A stretch of 55,413 nucleotides of DNA from Candidatus Levybacteria bacterium GW2011_GWA1_37_16 (GTDB lineage: Bacteria; Patescibacteriota; Microgenomatia; Levybacterales; UBA12049): NCBI GenBank assembly GCA_943357985.1, contig CALRGR010000006.1:1-55413 (forward strand), given 5' to 3'. Both the position numbers and the translations under genes were made by a program. The notes beneath the pieces were generated by a model that searched no databases, was not told the origin of the DNA, and saw only the letters and a program-made list of their open reading frames with translations. The number at the start of each line of letters is the position of its first letter. The stretch's first letter is position 1. Shown piece by piece: positions 36,842 to 47,343 of the stretch.

Positions 36842-38122
36842 ATGCATACTGCTCGTGTTGCCCGTCTTGACTCGCTTCAGCCGAGGCAGATTATGCATAT
36901 AGACTTTGATTCTTTCTTTGCAAGTGTAGAACAGCAATATAATCCCCTGCTTCGCGGAAAACCAATTGGCGTGACTGCTGCAAATGGAACGCCAAATGGC
37001 GCTTGCATTATTGCTTCAAGCAGAGAAGCAAAGAAACTTGGGATTCAAACCGGAACCAGAGTTTGGGAAGCTATTAACATTTGTCCTTCAATAACATTTG
37101 TTAAGTCAGATTTTTTAAAATACTTGGAGATAAGCAAAGTTTTTCTTAAAATTTGCTCAGACTACTCCCCTTTTGTAGAGCTTTTTTCTTTGGATGAGGT
37201 TTTTATAGACATAACTCCAACTATTCATTTGTTTGGTAGTCCCGAAAATATAGTCAGGCTCATAAAGACAAGAATTAGAGATGAGATTGGAGAGTATATA
37301 ACTGTTTCTGTTGGGGTTTCTCATAATAAACTTCTTGCAAAACTTGCCTCTTCTAGAAATAAACCAAATGGTTTTGGAAAAATTGAAGAAAATGACATTG
37401 ATAGTATTTACTCAACAATAGAACCAACAGATTTATGCGGAATAGGCAGAGCAATGGGTTCACGCCTTAATAAGATAGGAATCAAAAATCTTCTACAAAT
37501 TAGAAATTATTCTAAGGAAAAATTAGTCTTGGAGTTTGGTCCGGCCTACGCGGATGTTTTGGAAAATATGGCTTGGGGTAGAGACGACCGTCCTGTTGTC
37601 CCCTATTATTTGCTAAATGAAACAAAATCTGTAGGGCGCAGCTACTGTCTGCATCAAAATGAGTATGACAAGAGAATTGTTATGCAGAATTTATATGAGT
37701 TATGTGAAGAAGTAGGGATTAAGCTTAGACGGCTAAATAAGAAAGCAAGGGGTGTTTCCGTTTCGCTTGCCGGAACATGTGACATTCATGGACGGAAGAC
37801 TTATGGGGATTATTTTGACACTGGCGCCGAGATTTTTAAAAGACTTAAACCGATTCTTGAGAAACATACTTGCTCAGTCTCAAGAGAGTACGTCAGGCAA
37901 ATTAGTATCTCAGTTCATAATTTGAAGGATAACGGAGACTTGCTTCTTTCCTTATTCGACAATCCCAAAAAAGACAAAGTTCAAGCTACGATTGATAGGA
38001 TAAATGATAGGTTTGGCGATCATACAATAAGAAATGGTTTTCTTCTCTACTCCGACAAGCTTACAACTATGCCAAACGGTTACATGGCAGATAGGTTTGA
38101 GAGGGCAAATCTTGCTACCTAA
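36842..38122 (+). CDS. dinB: DNA polymerase IV (Y family)
   Basis: HIDFDSFFASVEQ, SLDEVFID, NKLLAKLAS, KPNG. Confidence 0.93.
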   Translation: MHTARVARLDSLQPRQIMHIDFDSFFASVEQQYNPLLRGKPIGVTAANGTPNGACIIASSREAKKLGIQTGTRVWEAINICPSITFVKSDFLKYLEISKVFLKICSDYSPFVELFSLDEVFIDITPTIHLFGSPENIVRLIKTRIRDEIGEYITVSVGVSHNKLLAKLASSRNKPNGFGKIEENDIDSIYSTIEPTDLCGIGRAMGSRLNKIGIKNLLQIRNYSKEKLVLEFGPAYADVLENMAWGRDDRPVVPYYLLNETKSVGRSYCLHQNEYDKRIVMQNLYELCEEVGIKLRRLNKKARGVSVSLAGTCDIHGRKTYGDYFDTGAEIFKRLKPILEKHTCSVSREYVRQISISVHNLKDNGDLLLSLFDNPKKDKVQATIDRINDRFGDHTIRNGFLLYSDKLTTMPNGYMADRFERANLAT

Positions 38123-38936
38123 TTTTATCGGCTTCCATTACAAATTTTATTTCGGATAGAACTTTTTCTTTTTTGTCATTTGTAAGTCCAAGCATTTGTA
38201 AAGATTTTGGATTTTGATAAATAGTTTTACAAAGGATAATCCCCTGGTCTAAAAGTTTTTGTTTTTCAAAAGAAGATAGAGAAGAAAGAACGGTTATTGG
38301 ATGAAGTCTTGATTTTTCAATTAAATCCCTAAGTCCTGCATTTTTCGGATAGTCCCAGCTTAATATTTTCATCCCGGCGCACAAAGCATAGCTTAAAGCA
38401 TCTGATGTGACTTTTGTATTTGTAGCAATCCAAGCTTCTCTTAAGTCATATTTTTCTTTTACGTCATCAAATCTTGCTTTTGTATAAAGAGAAACTTTGA
38501 CATCGGAGCGGGCTCCAGGCGTATTATGGAATTTTGCTTCTATCATAAATTTTGTTTCATTTTTTTCTGCTATAACATCCACTTCATGAGAAACGCATTT
38601 GCCAGAAAGAACTTGCCGTGTTTGAGTTTTGTAGCCATCGGTTTTTAGAAGTTCGGAAACATAATCTTCAAATGGATATCCAGTTGGGCCAAAATCCATA
38701 ATTGCGTGCTTTAGAGCATAAATTGCCCTGCTAAAAGGATGGGAAGATGTTTTTAAAAATTCTGTTATATGGCTGTATATTTCAGATGTTGGAATATTTT
38801 CATAAAGCTTTGATTTGACGTGCTGCAAAACCTGTTGGTGTATTGAATTGGGAATGCCTGCTCTTTTTATGGAGTTATTAATTTTCTCCTCATTAAACGG
38901 TTCTTTTTCTCCGTTTGCCTTTATAACAGTTATCAC
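38115..38936 (-). CDS. ATP-cone plus PD-(D/E)xK (Mrr-like) domain protein
   Basis: VIKANGEKEPF..EKI ATP cone; FEDYV, EVDVIA, IEAK. Confidence 0.8.
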   Translation of the reverse strand: MITVIKANGEKEPFNEEKINNSIKRAGIPNSIHQQVLQHVKSKLYENIPTSEIYSHITEFLKTSSHPFSRAIYALKHAIMDFGPTGYPFEDYVSELLKTDGYKTQTRQVLSGKCVSHEVDVIAEKNETKFMIEAKFHNTPGARSDVKVSLYTKARFDDVKEKYDLREAWIATNTKVTSDALSYALCAGMKILSWDYPKNAGLRDLIEKSRLHPITVLSSLSSFEKQKLLDQGIILCKTIYQNPKSLQMLGLTNDKKEKVLSEIKFVMEADKIR

Positions 38937-39027
38937 AAATATATAGTATTGTTTCTTAAAATTTTCTGCAACCCCAATACTTCAGATAAGATTATCGAAT
39001 TTTTGGTATTGTTTGGGACAGTGTATC

Positions 39028-39084
39028 TTGAAACGTTTAGTCAAAGACGCTATACTGGAAATATAAAGGCATGGGCCTTTTTTT
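39028..39084 (+). promoter_or_regulatory. promoter plus leader hairpin and U tract before the MFS gene
   Basis: TTGAAA-17-TATACT; AAAGGC-ATGG-GCCTTT-TTTT. Confidence 0.55.
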
Positions 39085-39092
39085 ATTGCAAA

Positions 39093-40256
39093 ATGGACAA
39101 AAGAATACCTCTCCTATATGTAACAGTTTTTATTAATATTTTAGGATTTGGAATGGTATTTCCTCTTTTCCCTCTTTTTGCTGAAACCCTTAAGGCATCG
39201 GTTTTGGATATTGGCCTTTTGGCAGCTTCCTTTTCGTTTGCACAATTTCTTACCTCACCACTCTTAGGCCGGATGTCAGATAGATTTGGCAGAAAGCCCA
39301 TTATCATCTTTTCAATAATAGCCTCTACAATATCTTTTTTTATTGCAGCTTTTGCGCCAAGCCTGACTATTCTATATGTCTCTAGGATAATTCATGGAGT
39401 TGCTTCCGCAGGGATTTTTCCCATAGCGTCTGCTTATATTGCCGATATTACCTCACCTGTAGACAGAGCCAAGTATCTGGGTAAAATTGCAGGAGTGTTC
39501 TCTCTAGGATTTATGTTTGGTCCTGTAATTGGCGGATTTTTGGGAAGCAGCGGCTTCACATTGCCATTTCTTGTAGCTGCTATTGTTTCCTTGCTAAATC
39601 TTGCGTTTATATCTGTAATGTTGCCAGAATCTTTAACTAAGAAAGCAGAAAAAATGGTTTTGAGGGAAGGCCTTTTCAATTTTACACAAGTTTACCATGG
39701 GTTAAGAGGAGATTTTGGAGTTTTATTTTTCCTGCTTTTTTCTTGGGCTTTTTATATTGGAAATTTTCAAGTTGCAATACCTCTTTACATGCAAAAACTT
39801 TTTTCTGCAGGAACCGTAGAAAACGGCATATTTTTTTCCGTAACCGGTGCCGCTGCAACAATTGCACAATGGTTTTTTCTTCCCCTTGTAATTAAAAGGA
39901 TTGGAGAGCTTATGACGATATTAATAGGCATTGGGCTTATGATAGTGGGGCAATTTTTTGCGACTATTTGGGCATCACAAATTCTTTTCTATTCCTTCTT
40001 TATTGTATCTATAATTGGAAGCGGGCTTAGCCGTCCAACAGTGAATGCGGTGTTATCCAAAGCAACACGCACAGGGCAAGGAGCTACAATGGGACTTGCT
40101 TTTTCATTTGAAAGCTTGGGCAGGGTTGTTGGACCACTTATTGCAGGAGTTACAATATCTTCATTTGGACTCCGCTTCCCCTTTTGGGCAACAGTAGTAG
40201 TCCTTACTGTTGGTCTGATTCTCTTCTGGAAAATTGAGATGAAGAAAGACAAATAA
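39093..40256 (+). CDS. MFS efflux transporter (TetA/DHA1-like)
   Basis: GRMSDRFGRKP, AYIADIT, GPVIGG; start at MDKRIP. Confidence 0.9.
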   Translation: MDKRIPLLYVTVFINILGFGMVFPLFPLFAETLKASVLDIGLLAASFSFAQFLTSPLLGRMSDRFGRKPIIIFSIIASTISFFIAAFAPSLTILYVSRIIHGVASAGIFPIASAYIADITSPVDRAKYLGKIAGVFSLGFMFGPVIGGFLGSSGFTLPFLVAAIVSLLNLAFISVMLPESLTKKAEKMVLREGLFNFTQVYHGLRGDFGVLFFLLFSWAFYIGNFQVAIPLYMQKLFSAGTVENGIFFSVTGAAATIAQWFFLPLVIKRIGELMTILIGIGLMIVGQFFATIWASQILFYSFFIVSIIGSGLSRPTVNAVLSKATRTGQGATMGLAFSFESLGRVVGPLIAGVTISSFGLRFPFWATVVVLTVGLILFWKIEMKKDK

Positions 40257-40258
40257 TG

Positions 40259-42703
40259 CTAATTTCTCTTCTGAAAAACCACAAAGTCTCCCCTGCTAAT
40301 TAGCAGTTTGTATCTGCCGTCTTTTTTAAGTTGTTCTACTATTTCTTTTTGAGATGCCAGCGAAGGCTGGGCAAATGGATCATTTAAGAGAAATGCTACT
40401 ATATCGGCGTTCTCAATGCCCTGTGGAATCGTAAAAATATACTGTCTTTTTGATAAATGTGAACCAAGATTATTAGTTGCTGCAACTTTGTATTCTTGCG
40501 GTATCTTTTTTATAAAAGACTGAATTAGCTTTCTGTCAGGAAGTTGTTTCGTAAACATGTCAATGTTTGGGTTTTTAGCTCCAGGCAAAGGTCCAAAGTT
40601 GTGAACAGATATTAAAGTTGAAAAAATGACCAAAAACAAAACTATATTTAACGTCTCTTTCTTAGGAAGCCATTTTGTTAAATTTTTTGCTCCAAATATT
40701 GCGGCAATAAAAACAAAGGGTGTAATAACAGCAGTATATTGATAATAAATTTGATGCAGATTTGTATTATTGCTTAAAAGATTAATACCTAAATCGGGAA
40801 CTGCAAAAATTAAAGCTAGCGGAGATAGAAATGAAATAAATCCAAGAGGAAGAAACGTGTGTAAAAGATATGCAGGCCTATCCCCCGTAGCTATTATTTC
40901 AATAATTTTTCCGGGGGAAAATAAGATGTTTCTTATTACATTAAATGGAGAGTCTCCAAAGTCGGAATAGTAAGAAAGAGCAAAATGGCTCCCTTCCCGA
41001 GCTTGCGGTATTGCTATCCAAATAAGGTAATAGAAAATAAAAAAAGAGACACCCGATACTCCTAGCCCAAACAAAAAATTAAATAGTGTAGTCTTTAATC
41101 TTAGGGGAAATTTTTTCCTTGCAATACCTACTGCTTGGAAAAATAGAATATAGAGTCCAAATACTGCTATAACAAGCCAAACTTGTTCTTTTGTAAGTCC
41201 AGCAAGGATTGCAAAAAATAAAAAATGTAAATATTTTTTTTGAATAAAATAGTAAAAAGCGCCAAGCAATAAAGTGGTGGCAAGAGTTACTGGGTGGAAG
41301 TCATACAAATTTGTAAATTGAAGAGATGGGTTAAGAAGGTATGCAAGAGAAAAAAATGCTGCCGCATTTTTACTATTCAAAATCATTTTGGCAATTTTAA
41401 AAACAAAAACTGCTCCTAGTGCCAGCACTATTGTCTGAAGTCCCAACAGTACTTGCGGATCTGCCCAAATGAGATAAAGTGGTGCTGTAAAGATTAAGAT
41501 GAAGTCTGCGTGTCCGGAAAGCCTTGAAACTATGTTTACGCCGTCGGTTGTTTGGAAAATTCTTCCATTGGCTGTATTCCACACAGTTTGGTCCATATTT
41601 CCAAGATCGAACCTCCCTGTATGAAAATTATCGTAACGCAATAAAGTTGCTGTCGTGAAATAAATTATGTAAATAATAATTGCCACCCCTGTTAAAATTT
41701 CTTGTTTGTGGGTTGAGATAAAGCTTTCCGTCTTTAGGACTAATTCACTTTTAGTTTTATTCAATATGAATGTAAAACCCAGAAAAACAAGTTCGGAAAT
41801 AATAAAAGTTACTCTGGCAAGAATTGCGGAAGCAGAAGCGAGTGGAAGAGGCATAAAAGTTGTAAGTCCATAAATTATTACGCCCTCCCTAACTCCAAGT
41901 CCAATTGGTACCAGAAATGAAAGATAGCCAACAAGGAGGGATAGGACAAAAAAGCCGACAAGCTGCCAAATTAGAACGGGCGTCAGGAAGCTAATGGAAA
42001 TAATTGTTAAGTATGTTCCTAAACCAAAAAAGAAAATACCTATGGAGCTCATTGCTAGAAGATGTAAATTTATAATCGGAGGAAATATTGGTAAGGAATT
42101 TGTTGCATGTTCTAGCACGGATTTTTTAAGAAACGGAATTTTAGTCTTCTCTATGTAAGCCGCCAAGCGTTTTGCAAAAGTAAATATTACGGAAGATATT
42201 ATTGCACCTACAACTAAAATAACAAGAATCAGATTTTTGACCAGAGGATCCATAGAAAAATGATTAATTATAAGGGGTATTGTCAAAAGAGATACTATGA
42301 AACATCCTACCAAAAATGCCTCCGCCTCTATGGCTAAAGAATATGCAACTGCCTTTTTCTTTAGACCATCCTTTGAAAAAGATAGAGTTTTTGATATTAG
42401 TGGCCAGATAAATCCTGGGGCAAATCTTTTTATTTCCGCCATCTCCCAAAGAAAAACTGTTTTTCTAAAAGGTGCCCTGTGTCCCTTTTCTTCAATAATT
42501 TTGTGCCAAAGATATGCGCGGCAAAAAAAATAAATAAGAAAAGAAACGATTGAAAAAAACAATAGTGCAGGATTGATGTGCTCAAAACGGGAGATAATTG
42601 ATTTGTTTTGGATTACAATTCTTCCAATAAACAATACCGCAAGAAGGGAGATTGGCCAGCCTATGAAAAATTTAAAAAATTGAAAAAACTTTTTAAGTGA
42701 CAT
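40259..42703 (-). CDS. fusion of a UPF0104/flippase-like TM domain and a DUF2079 (GT-C-like) domain
   Basis: PIGLGVREG in the N-terminal part; FDLGNMDQ, YDFHP, LTKE, YQYTA in the C-terminal part. Confidence 0.75.
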   Translation of the reverse strand: MSLKKFFQFFKFFIGWPISLLAVLFIGRIVIQNKSIISRFEHINPALLFFSIVSFLIYFFCRAYLWHKIIEEKGHRAPFRKTVFLWEMAEIKRFAPGFIWPLISKTLSFSKDGLKKKAVAYSLAIEAEAFLVGCFIVSLLTIPLIINHFSMDPLVKNLILVILVVGAIISSVIFTFAKRLAAYIEKTKIPFLKKSVLEHATNSLPIFPPIINLHLLAMSSIGIFFFGLGTYLTIISISFLTPVLIWQLVGFFVLSLLVGYLSFLVPIGLGVREGVIIYGLTTFMPLPLASASAILARVTFIISELVFLGFTFILNKTKSELVLKTESFISTHKQEILTGVAIIIYIIYFTTATLLRYDNFHTGRFDLGNMDQTVWNTANGRIFQTTDGVNIVSRLSGHADFILIFTAPLYLIWADPQVLLGLQTIVLALGAVFVFKIAKMILNSKNAAAFFSLAYLLNPSLQFTNLYDFHPVTLATTLLLGAFYYFIQKKYLHFLFFAILAGLTKEQVWLVIAVFGLYILFFQAVGIARKKFPLRLKTTLFNFLFGLGVSGVSFFIFYYLIWIAIPQAREGSHFALSYYSDFGDSPFNVIRNILFSPGKIIEIIATGDRPAYLLHTFLPLGFISFLSPLALIFAVPDLGINLLSNNTNLHQIYYQYTAVITPFVFIAAIFGAKNLTKWLPKKETLNIVLFLVIFSTLISVHNFGPLPGAKNPNIDMFTKQLPDRKLIQSFIKKIPQEYKVAATNNLGSHLSKRQYIFTIPQGIENADIVAFLLNDPFAQPSLASQKEIVEQLKKDGRYKLLISRGDFVVFQKRN

Positions 42704-42711
42704 TGGAGATA

Positions 42712-43902
42712 TTATTCATATCTTAGTGCTTCAATTGGCGAAAGTCGAGATGCTCTTATTGCTGGAGCCATTCCAAATACCACACCCACTAATACAGAAA
42801 ATCCAAAAGCAATAAATATTGACCAGGGAGTAACTTGAGAAACAAAAAAGTTAGATAAAATTAAGGATGCTCCTACTCCAAGAGCTATTCCCAAAGAGCC
42901 TCCAGTAAGCGAAAGTATTACAGACTCAAGCAGAAACTGTCTTAATATGTCTGATCTTTTAGCTCCAATTGCTTTCCTAAGTCCTATTTCTTTCGTGCGT
43001 TCTGTTACCGATACAAGCATTATATTCATAATGCCAATGCCGCCAACCAGAAGTGAGATTGCTGCAATTCCCCCAAGAGCAATTGATAAAATATTTGTTA
43101 TATTGTTAATTGTTGAAAGAGTAGATTCTTGAGTTTCAAGCGTAAAGTCATCCTCTGTTAATCTTTTAAGGAGAATTTTGCTAACGTCATTTTTAACAGT
43201 TGCAACTAGTGTAGATTTTTTTGCAGAAACATATATGGTATTCACGTTTGTTATTCCAAATTGTCTTTGGGCAGCAGTAATTGGAATTATAATTGTATTG
43301 TCTTGATCTATTCCAAAAAGTGCTCCTTTTTTAGCAAGAGTTCCAATAATTGTATATTTTTCTCCCGCCACTGAAATTTTTTGTCCTATTGGATTTGTTC
43401 CATTAAATAGATTTGTTACAATAGTTTGTCCTGCAATTGCTACTTTTTCTCCGGAACGCTCTTGGCCTAAAGAAAAAAATATGCCCTTTACTATGTCTGT
43501 TTTTACAACTTGTGGATAATTTGCCGTAGCTCCTAAAATTGAAACTCCTTTATCTGTTTTATTTTTATATTTCAATGCTGCTAATTGTTGTACAACGGCT
43601 CCAATGTCTGCGGAATTTTTAAGTCTTTGTTGTAAGAGCCTTGAGTCTGATAGAAGAAGTTTATTTGAGACAACTCCTCCTGGAGTTCTTGCTCCTCCAA
43701 CTCTTCCTGGAATTACAAAAATTAAATTTGATCCAAGACTTGAAATTTCAGAAGTAATATATGCTTGAAGTCCAGAACCAATTGAGACTAAAAGGATAAC
43801 TGCAAAAACTCCAATTACAATTCCAAGCGTTGTTAGGATAGTTCTTAATTTATTTGCAACGAGTGACCTAAATGATATTTGTATTATTTCTCTTAGATTC
43901 AT
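42712..43902 (-). CDS. MacB-like ABC transporter permease
   Basis: [41 protein letters not shown]. Confidence 0.95.
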   Translation of the reverse strand: MNLREIIQISFRSLVANKLRTILTTLGIVIGVFAVILLVSIGSGLQAYITSEISSLGSNLIFVIPGRVGGARTPGGVVSNKLLLSDSRLLQQRLKNSADIGAVVQQLAALKYKNKTDKGVSILGATANYPQVVKTDIVKGIFFSLGQERSGEKVAIAGQTIVTNLFNGTNPIGQKISVAGEKYTIIGTLAKKGALFGIDQDNTIIIPITAAQRQFGITNVNTIYVSAKKSTLVATVKNDVSKILLKRLTEDDFTLETQESTLSTINNITNILSIALGGIAAISLLVGGIGIMNIMLVSVTERTKEIGLRKAIGAKRSDILRQFLLESVILSLTGGSLGIALGVGASLILSNFFVSQVTPWSIFIAFGFSVLVGVVFGMAPAIRASRLSPIEALRYE

Positions 43903-43904
43903 AG

Positions 43905-44585
43905 TTATTTAACTATTTCTCCATCTCTTATTTTTATTATTTTGTTTGCAGTTTTTGCTATATCTATTTCATGAGTAATTAAAATTATTGTTTTGCCTTG
44001 TCTATTTAGTTCTTTGAAGATTTTCATGACTTCTTCTCCTGACTTTGTGTCTAGATTTCCTGTTGGTTCATCAGCAAGTATTATTTTGGGGCCGTTCATA
44101 AGAGCTCTTGCTATAGCAACACGTTGTTGTTCTCCTCCTGATAATTGATTTGGTCTATTTCCCATTATATTCTCAAGCCCCAATCTCACAAGCAGTTCCT
44201 TTGCTTTGGTTTCTCTTTTACCTGTTTCCATTCCTGCGTACATTCCAGGAAGCATTACATTTTCAAGCGTTGAAAGTCTTGGAAGAAGATTAAATTGCTG
44301 GAAAACAAATCCAATTTCCTCGCTTCTTAGTTTTGCTAAGCTATCCTCCGATAATCCGCTTGTTTGTTTTTCATTTATTTCATAGGTGCCGCTTGTAGGG
44401 GTATCTAAGAGCCCAATAATGTTCATGAGCGTTGATTTGCCGGAGCCTGATGGACCTGTTATTGCATAAAAATCGCCCTCTGCAATTTTTAGTGTAATTC
44501 CTTTTAAAACCGGAGTTACAACATCAATGGTCTTATATTCCTTTTTAATGTGGGCAAGATTAATTACCGCTTTTTGCGTTTTCAT
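43905..44585 (-). CDS. ABC transporter ATP-binding protein (MacB/LolD-like)
   Basis: [27 protein letters not shown]. Confidence 0.95.
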   Translation of the reverse strand: MKTQKAVINLAHIKKEYKTIDVVTPVLKGITLKIAEGDFYAITGPSGSGKSTLMNIIGLLDTPTSGTYEINEKQTSGLSEDSLAKLRSEEIGFVFQQFNLLPRLSTLENVMLPGMYAGMETGKRETKAKELLVRLGLENIMGNRPNQLSGGEQQRVAIARALMNGPKIILADEPTGNLDTKSGEEVMKIFKELNRQGKTIILITHEIDIAKTANKIIKIRDGEIVK

Positions 44586-44588
44586 TTA

Positions 44589-45632
44589 TTACTTTTTTGG
44601 TAATTGTGAGGGTTGAAGTATTACGATGTCCCCTTCTGATAATCCACTTACTATCTGACTGTCTGAATCATTTTTAAATCCTAGCTTTACAGTTTTTTTA
44701 ACTATGCCAGAAGAAGTTTTTACATAAACGCTGTTTCCATCTATTGCAAAATTTGAAACAGTTAATATATTTTTCTTTTCCGCAAGAATAATTTCTGCGT
44801 CTGCATTCATGCCAATTCTGTATAGCTTGTCTGCATTGTCTAATAAATCTGTTTTGATTGTATATGCATTTCCGCCTGTTGATGTTGTATGGCTTGAGAA
44901 ATCAATACTTGAAACAGTTAGGGTGATAGTATCGTTTGGGAAAGAATCCAAAACGATTCTTACTTGTTGTCCTATTTTAATTTTAGATACGTCTGCTTCA
45001 TCTACATCCATTTTAAATAACAAATTTTTGCTATCTGCAACTTGATATGTTGTGGTAGTTGAAACATCAGCTCCCGGAATTATTGCGTCCGCTCTTATTA
45101 TGGAGCCGTTTAATGGGCTTACTAGGCTTGAGTCTGCAAGTTGCTTTCTAGCTATTATATAATCGTCGTAAGCGTTGTTTTGAGTTGCTTCTGCGGCGGT
45201 TTGTGTTACTTTTTGAGCAAAAGTTAAATCGGTTGCTCTTTTTGTTTGATCATAGACTTGCTCAACAACTGCTTTTGCTGCATTAAAATCTTGCCATGCT
45301 TGTCTAAGATTTGCCTGGAGTTTTGTTGAATCAATAGATGCAATTATTTGTCCCTTGTAAACGCTCTCGCCAACCCTTGCTCCAACATATGTTAGCTGTC
45401 CTAACGTTTGGAAAGTTAAGCTAGCAGAACTTGTTGAATCAACACTCCCTGTTACGGAAACGCTTTGAATAATATCTGAATATTTAATGGTTTGAGTTTC
45501 TAGAACTGCGGCTGGTTTTGGTTTTATAACAAACCCAATAACAACAATAACAATAATTAAAACCGCAGAAATTATTTTGTGATCCTTAATAAAGGAAAGT
45601 GGTTTTTTAAATAAGTTTTTTATTTTTTTCAT
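44589..45632 (-). CDS. MacA-like periplasmic adaptor subunit
   Basis: N-terminal TM, lipoyl/hairpin pattern, VDEAD, GMNA; start at MKKIKNLF. Confidence 0.88.
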   Translation of the reverse strand: MKKIKNLFKKPLSFIKDHKIISAVLIIVIVVIGFVIKPKPAAVLETQTIKYSDIIQSVSVTGSVDSTSSASLTFQTLGQLTYVGARVGESVYKGQIIASIDSTKLQANLRQAWQDFNAAKAVVEQVYDQTKRATDLTFAQKVTQTAAEATQNNAYDDYIIARKQLADSSLVSPLNGSIIRADAIIPGADVSTTTTYQVADSKNLLFKMDVDEADVSKIKIGQQVRIVLDSFPNDTITLTVSSIDFSSHTTSTGGNAYTIKTDLLDNADKLYRIGMNADAEIILAEKKNILTVSNFAIDGNSVYVKTSSGIVKKTVKLGFKNDSDSQIVSGLSEGDIVILQPSQLPKK

Positions 45633-45639
45633 TTTGTTT

Positions 45640-47162
45640 GTGCGCCTGAAGGGAATCGAACCCCTGCCTGCAATTTTAAGTTTGGACATTGGGGTCAATA
45701 GGTCTACCCTTAATGAAGGTGATAGTTTTAGCTCCAGGGAATTTTACTTTAAAAAATAATTTGCCACCTTCTTCAGTTATTTTGAACGATGAACTACCGG
45801 CAGTATCTTCACTTGGAGCGATAATTGTCCCATAGCTTTCAGATATGAGACTGGCAATTCCTTTTTCGCTTTTTCCCGTACTGCATGAAATCAAAACAAT
45901 AGTGGGGTTATCAGTGAAATAACCAGAGTACTTTGCCATACGTTCTCTTTTAAAAACACTGTCAATAAAAAATTCAGGGTAGCTTAATCTTTGTTCGGAA
46001 GAGTCGTCCTTACCAAATTCTATAGTGTTTTTATCTCCATGTCCTCCTACAATTGCAAATGAAATTTTATGACTGTCTCCATATTTCCTAGACAATTTAT
46101 GTAGTCGTTTAACAATATCTAACTTACCATTTGTTTCAACCACCCGTAGCGAATACTTCCCTTTTAATTGTTTCCGCAGACTATTCAGTCCTTTTCTGGT
46201 CTCATAAAATGCTCCGTTATGATCAAAAGAGTTAAATAGAATTACTCCGTATGGGAGATCTGTTTTGTCTACTTCATCGTACTGGGCTATCAGCATTTCT
46301 TCAGGATAACGTGCAAAGTTGCATATTCCAAATTGTTTATTTAAAAGAGTGCCAATTCCTGGCCTTTTTTTTTCAAGACTAACCAAAGCATTAAGATTTT
46401 CACTCACAACGAATACACCAGGAGAAGAGTCAAGCCATCTATCAATCAACTCGCTAGAATCAATGCCTAAATTATTTAGCTTATCTCTAATAAATCTAAT
46501 GGCTATCTCCTGTCCATGTCCTTTATGGTAAAAAGCAACACTTAGATAGTGATCCATCATTTGAGTTAATGCTTCGTCTGCTTTTCCTGCAGTATCTTTA
46601 TCATCCGATGAACCTGCCATTTCCAAAGCAGCAAAAGTAACAATTGGACTCACGCCAGATTCCAAATAATTAAGTTTTAGAAGATTAAGATTCCGTACGA
46701 AAATTTCGGTTGCTTTTCTTTTATCCCTACCTTGTCCAAATGCTACGATAGCTTCGGCACACTGGTTTCGTGTTTTCAAAGTGTCCTTACCTACGGGATT
46801 AGATAAATGCGATTCAATTACATCTAGATTTTCTTCTACTAAATCCAACCCTAATAGGACTGAAGATTCCATTTTTGAATTTCTTTCTAAAATGTTAATA
46901 ACCTCAATGGCAGAATTAAAGTAATCATCTGTTCTCAAAGCTTGCGACAATAAACTTTTCTTGGAAGAGAAAGCAATATAAAGCCTTTCCGGATCCGGAC
47001 TACGGAGTGCGTTGCTGTGTAACTCGCTACTGAGTTCTTCAAATTCTGCTTCTGTAAAATTACTTACTGGTCCTTGCTGACCTGGAATACCATTTCCTTC
47101 ACCTTTAATCTCTGTCATATATAATTTTCCTATTCTAGTGCGCCTGAAGGGATTTGAACCCC
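45640..47162. mobile_element. single-gene islet at the tRNA-Arg 3' end, bounded by an att-like direct repeat
   Basis: GTGCGCCTGAAGGGA(ATC/TTT)GAACCCC at 45640-45664 and 47138-47162, 23/25 identical. Confidence 0.75.
45676..47118 (-). CDS. hypothetical protein with a putative clan CD (caspase/CPD-like) His-Cys C-terminal domain
   Basis: FAIVGGHG and TIVLISCSTG motifs after hydrophobic strands; helical N-terminal half. Confidence 0.55.
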   Translation of the reverse strand: MTEIKGEGNGIPGQQGPVSNFTEAEFEELSSELHSNALRSPDPERLYIAFSSKKSLLSQALRTDDYFNSAIEVINILERNSKMESSVLLGLDLVEENLDVIESHLSNPVGKDTLKTRNQCAEAIVAFGQGRDKRKATEIFVRNLNLLKLNYLESGVSPIVTFAALEMAGSSDDKDTAGKADEALTQMMDHYLSVAFYHKGHGQEIAIRFIRDKLNNLGIDSSELIDRWLDSSPGVFVVSENLNALVSLEKKRPGIGTLLNKQFGICNFARYPEEMLIAQYDEVDKTDLPYGVILFNSFDHNGAFYETRKGLNSLRKQLKGKYSLRVVETNGKLDIVKRLHKLSRKYGDSHKISFAIVGGHGDKNTIEFGKDDSSEQRLSYPEFFIDSVFKRERMAKYSGYFTDNPTIVLISCSTGKSEKGIASLISESYGTIIAPSEDTAGSSSFKITEEGGKLFFKVKFPGAKTITFIKGRPIDPNVQT

Positions 47163-47211
47163 CAACCCCTTCGTCCGAAGCGAAGTGCTCTATCCATTGA
47201 GCTACAGGCGC
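47139..47211 (-). tRNA. tRNA-Arg(TCG)
   Basis: CTTCG-CTTCGGA-CGAAG arm. Confidence 0.93.
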
Positions 47212-47264
47212 AAGCGAAGCTTATTGCCTCGATTTACTACTTATAGTATACTAAATTTCATAAT

Positions 47265-47337
47265 GGGCCGCTAGCTCAACTGGCAGAGCAATTCCCTCTT
47301 AAGGAATCGGTTCGGGGTCCGACTCCCCGGCGGCTCA
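47265..47337 (+). tRNA. tRNA-Lys(CTT)
   Basis: ATTCC-CTCTTAA-GGAAT arm; T-loop TCCGACT. Confidence 0.92.
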
Positions 47338-47343
47338 CAGGAA

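Noticed and set aside
45633-45698. N-terminal extension of the MacA-like ORF
   Set aside because: It translates the tRNA-derived repeat; the real start is probably 45632
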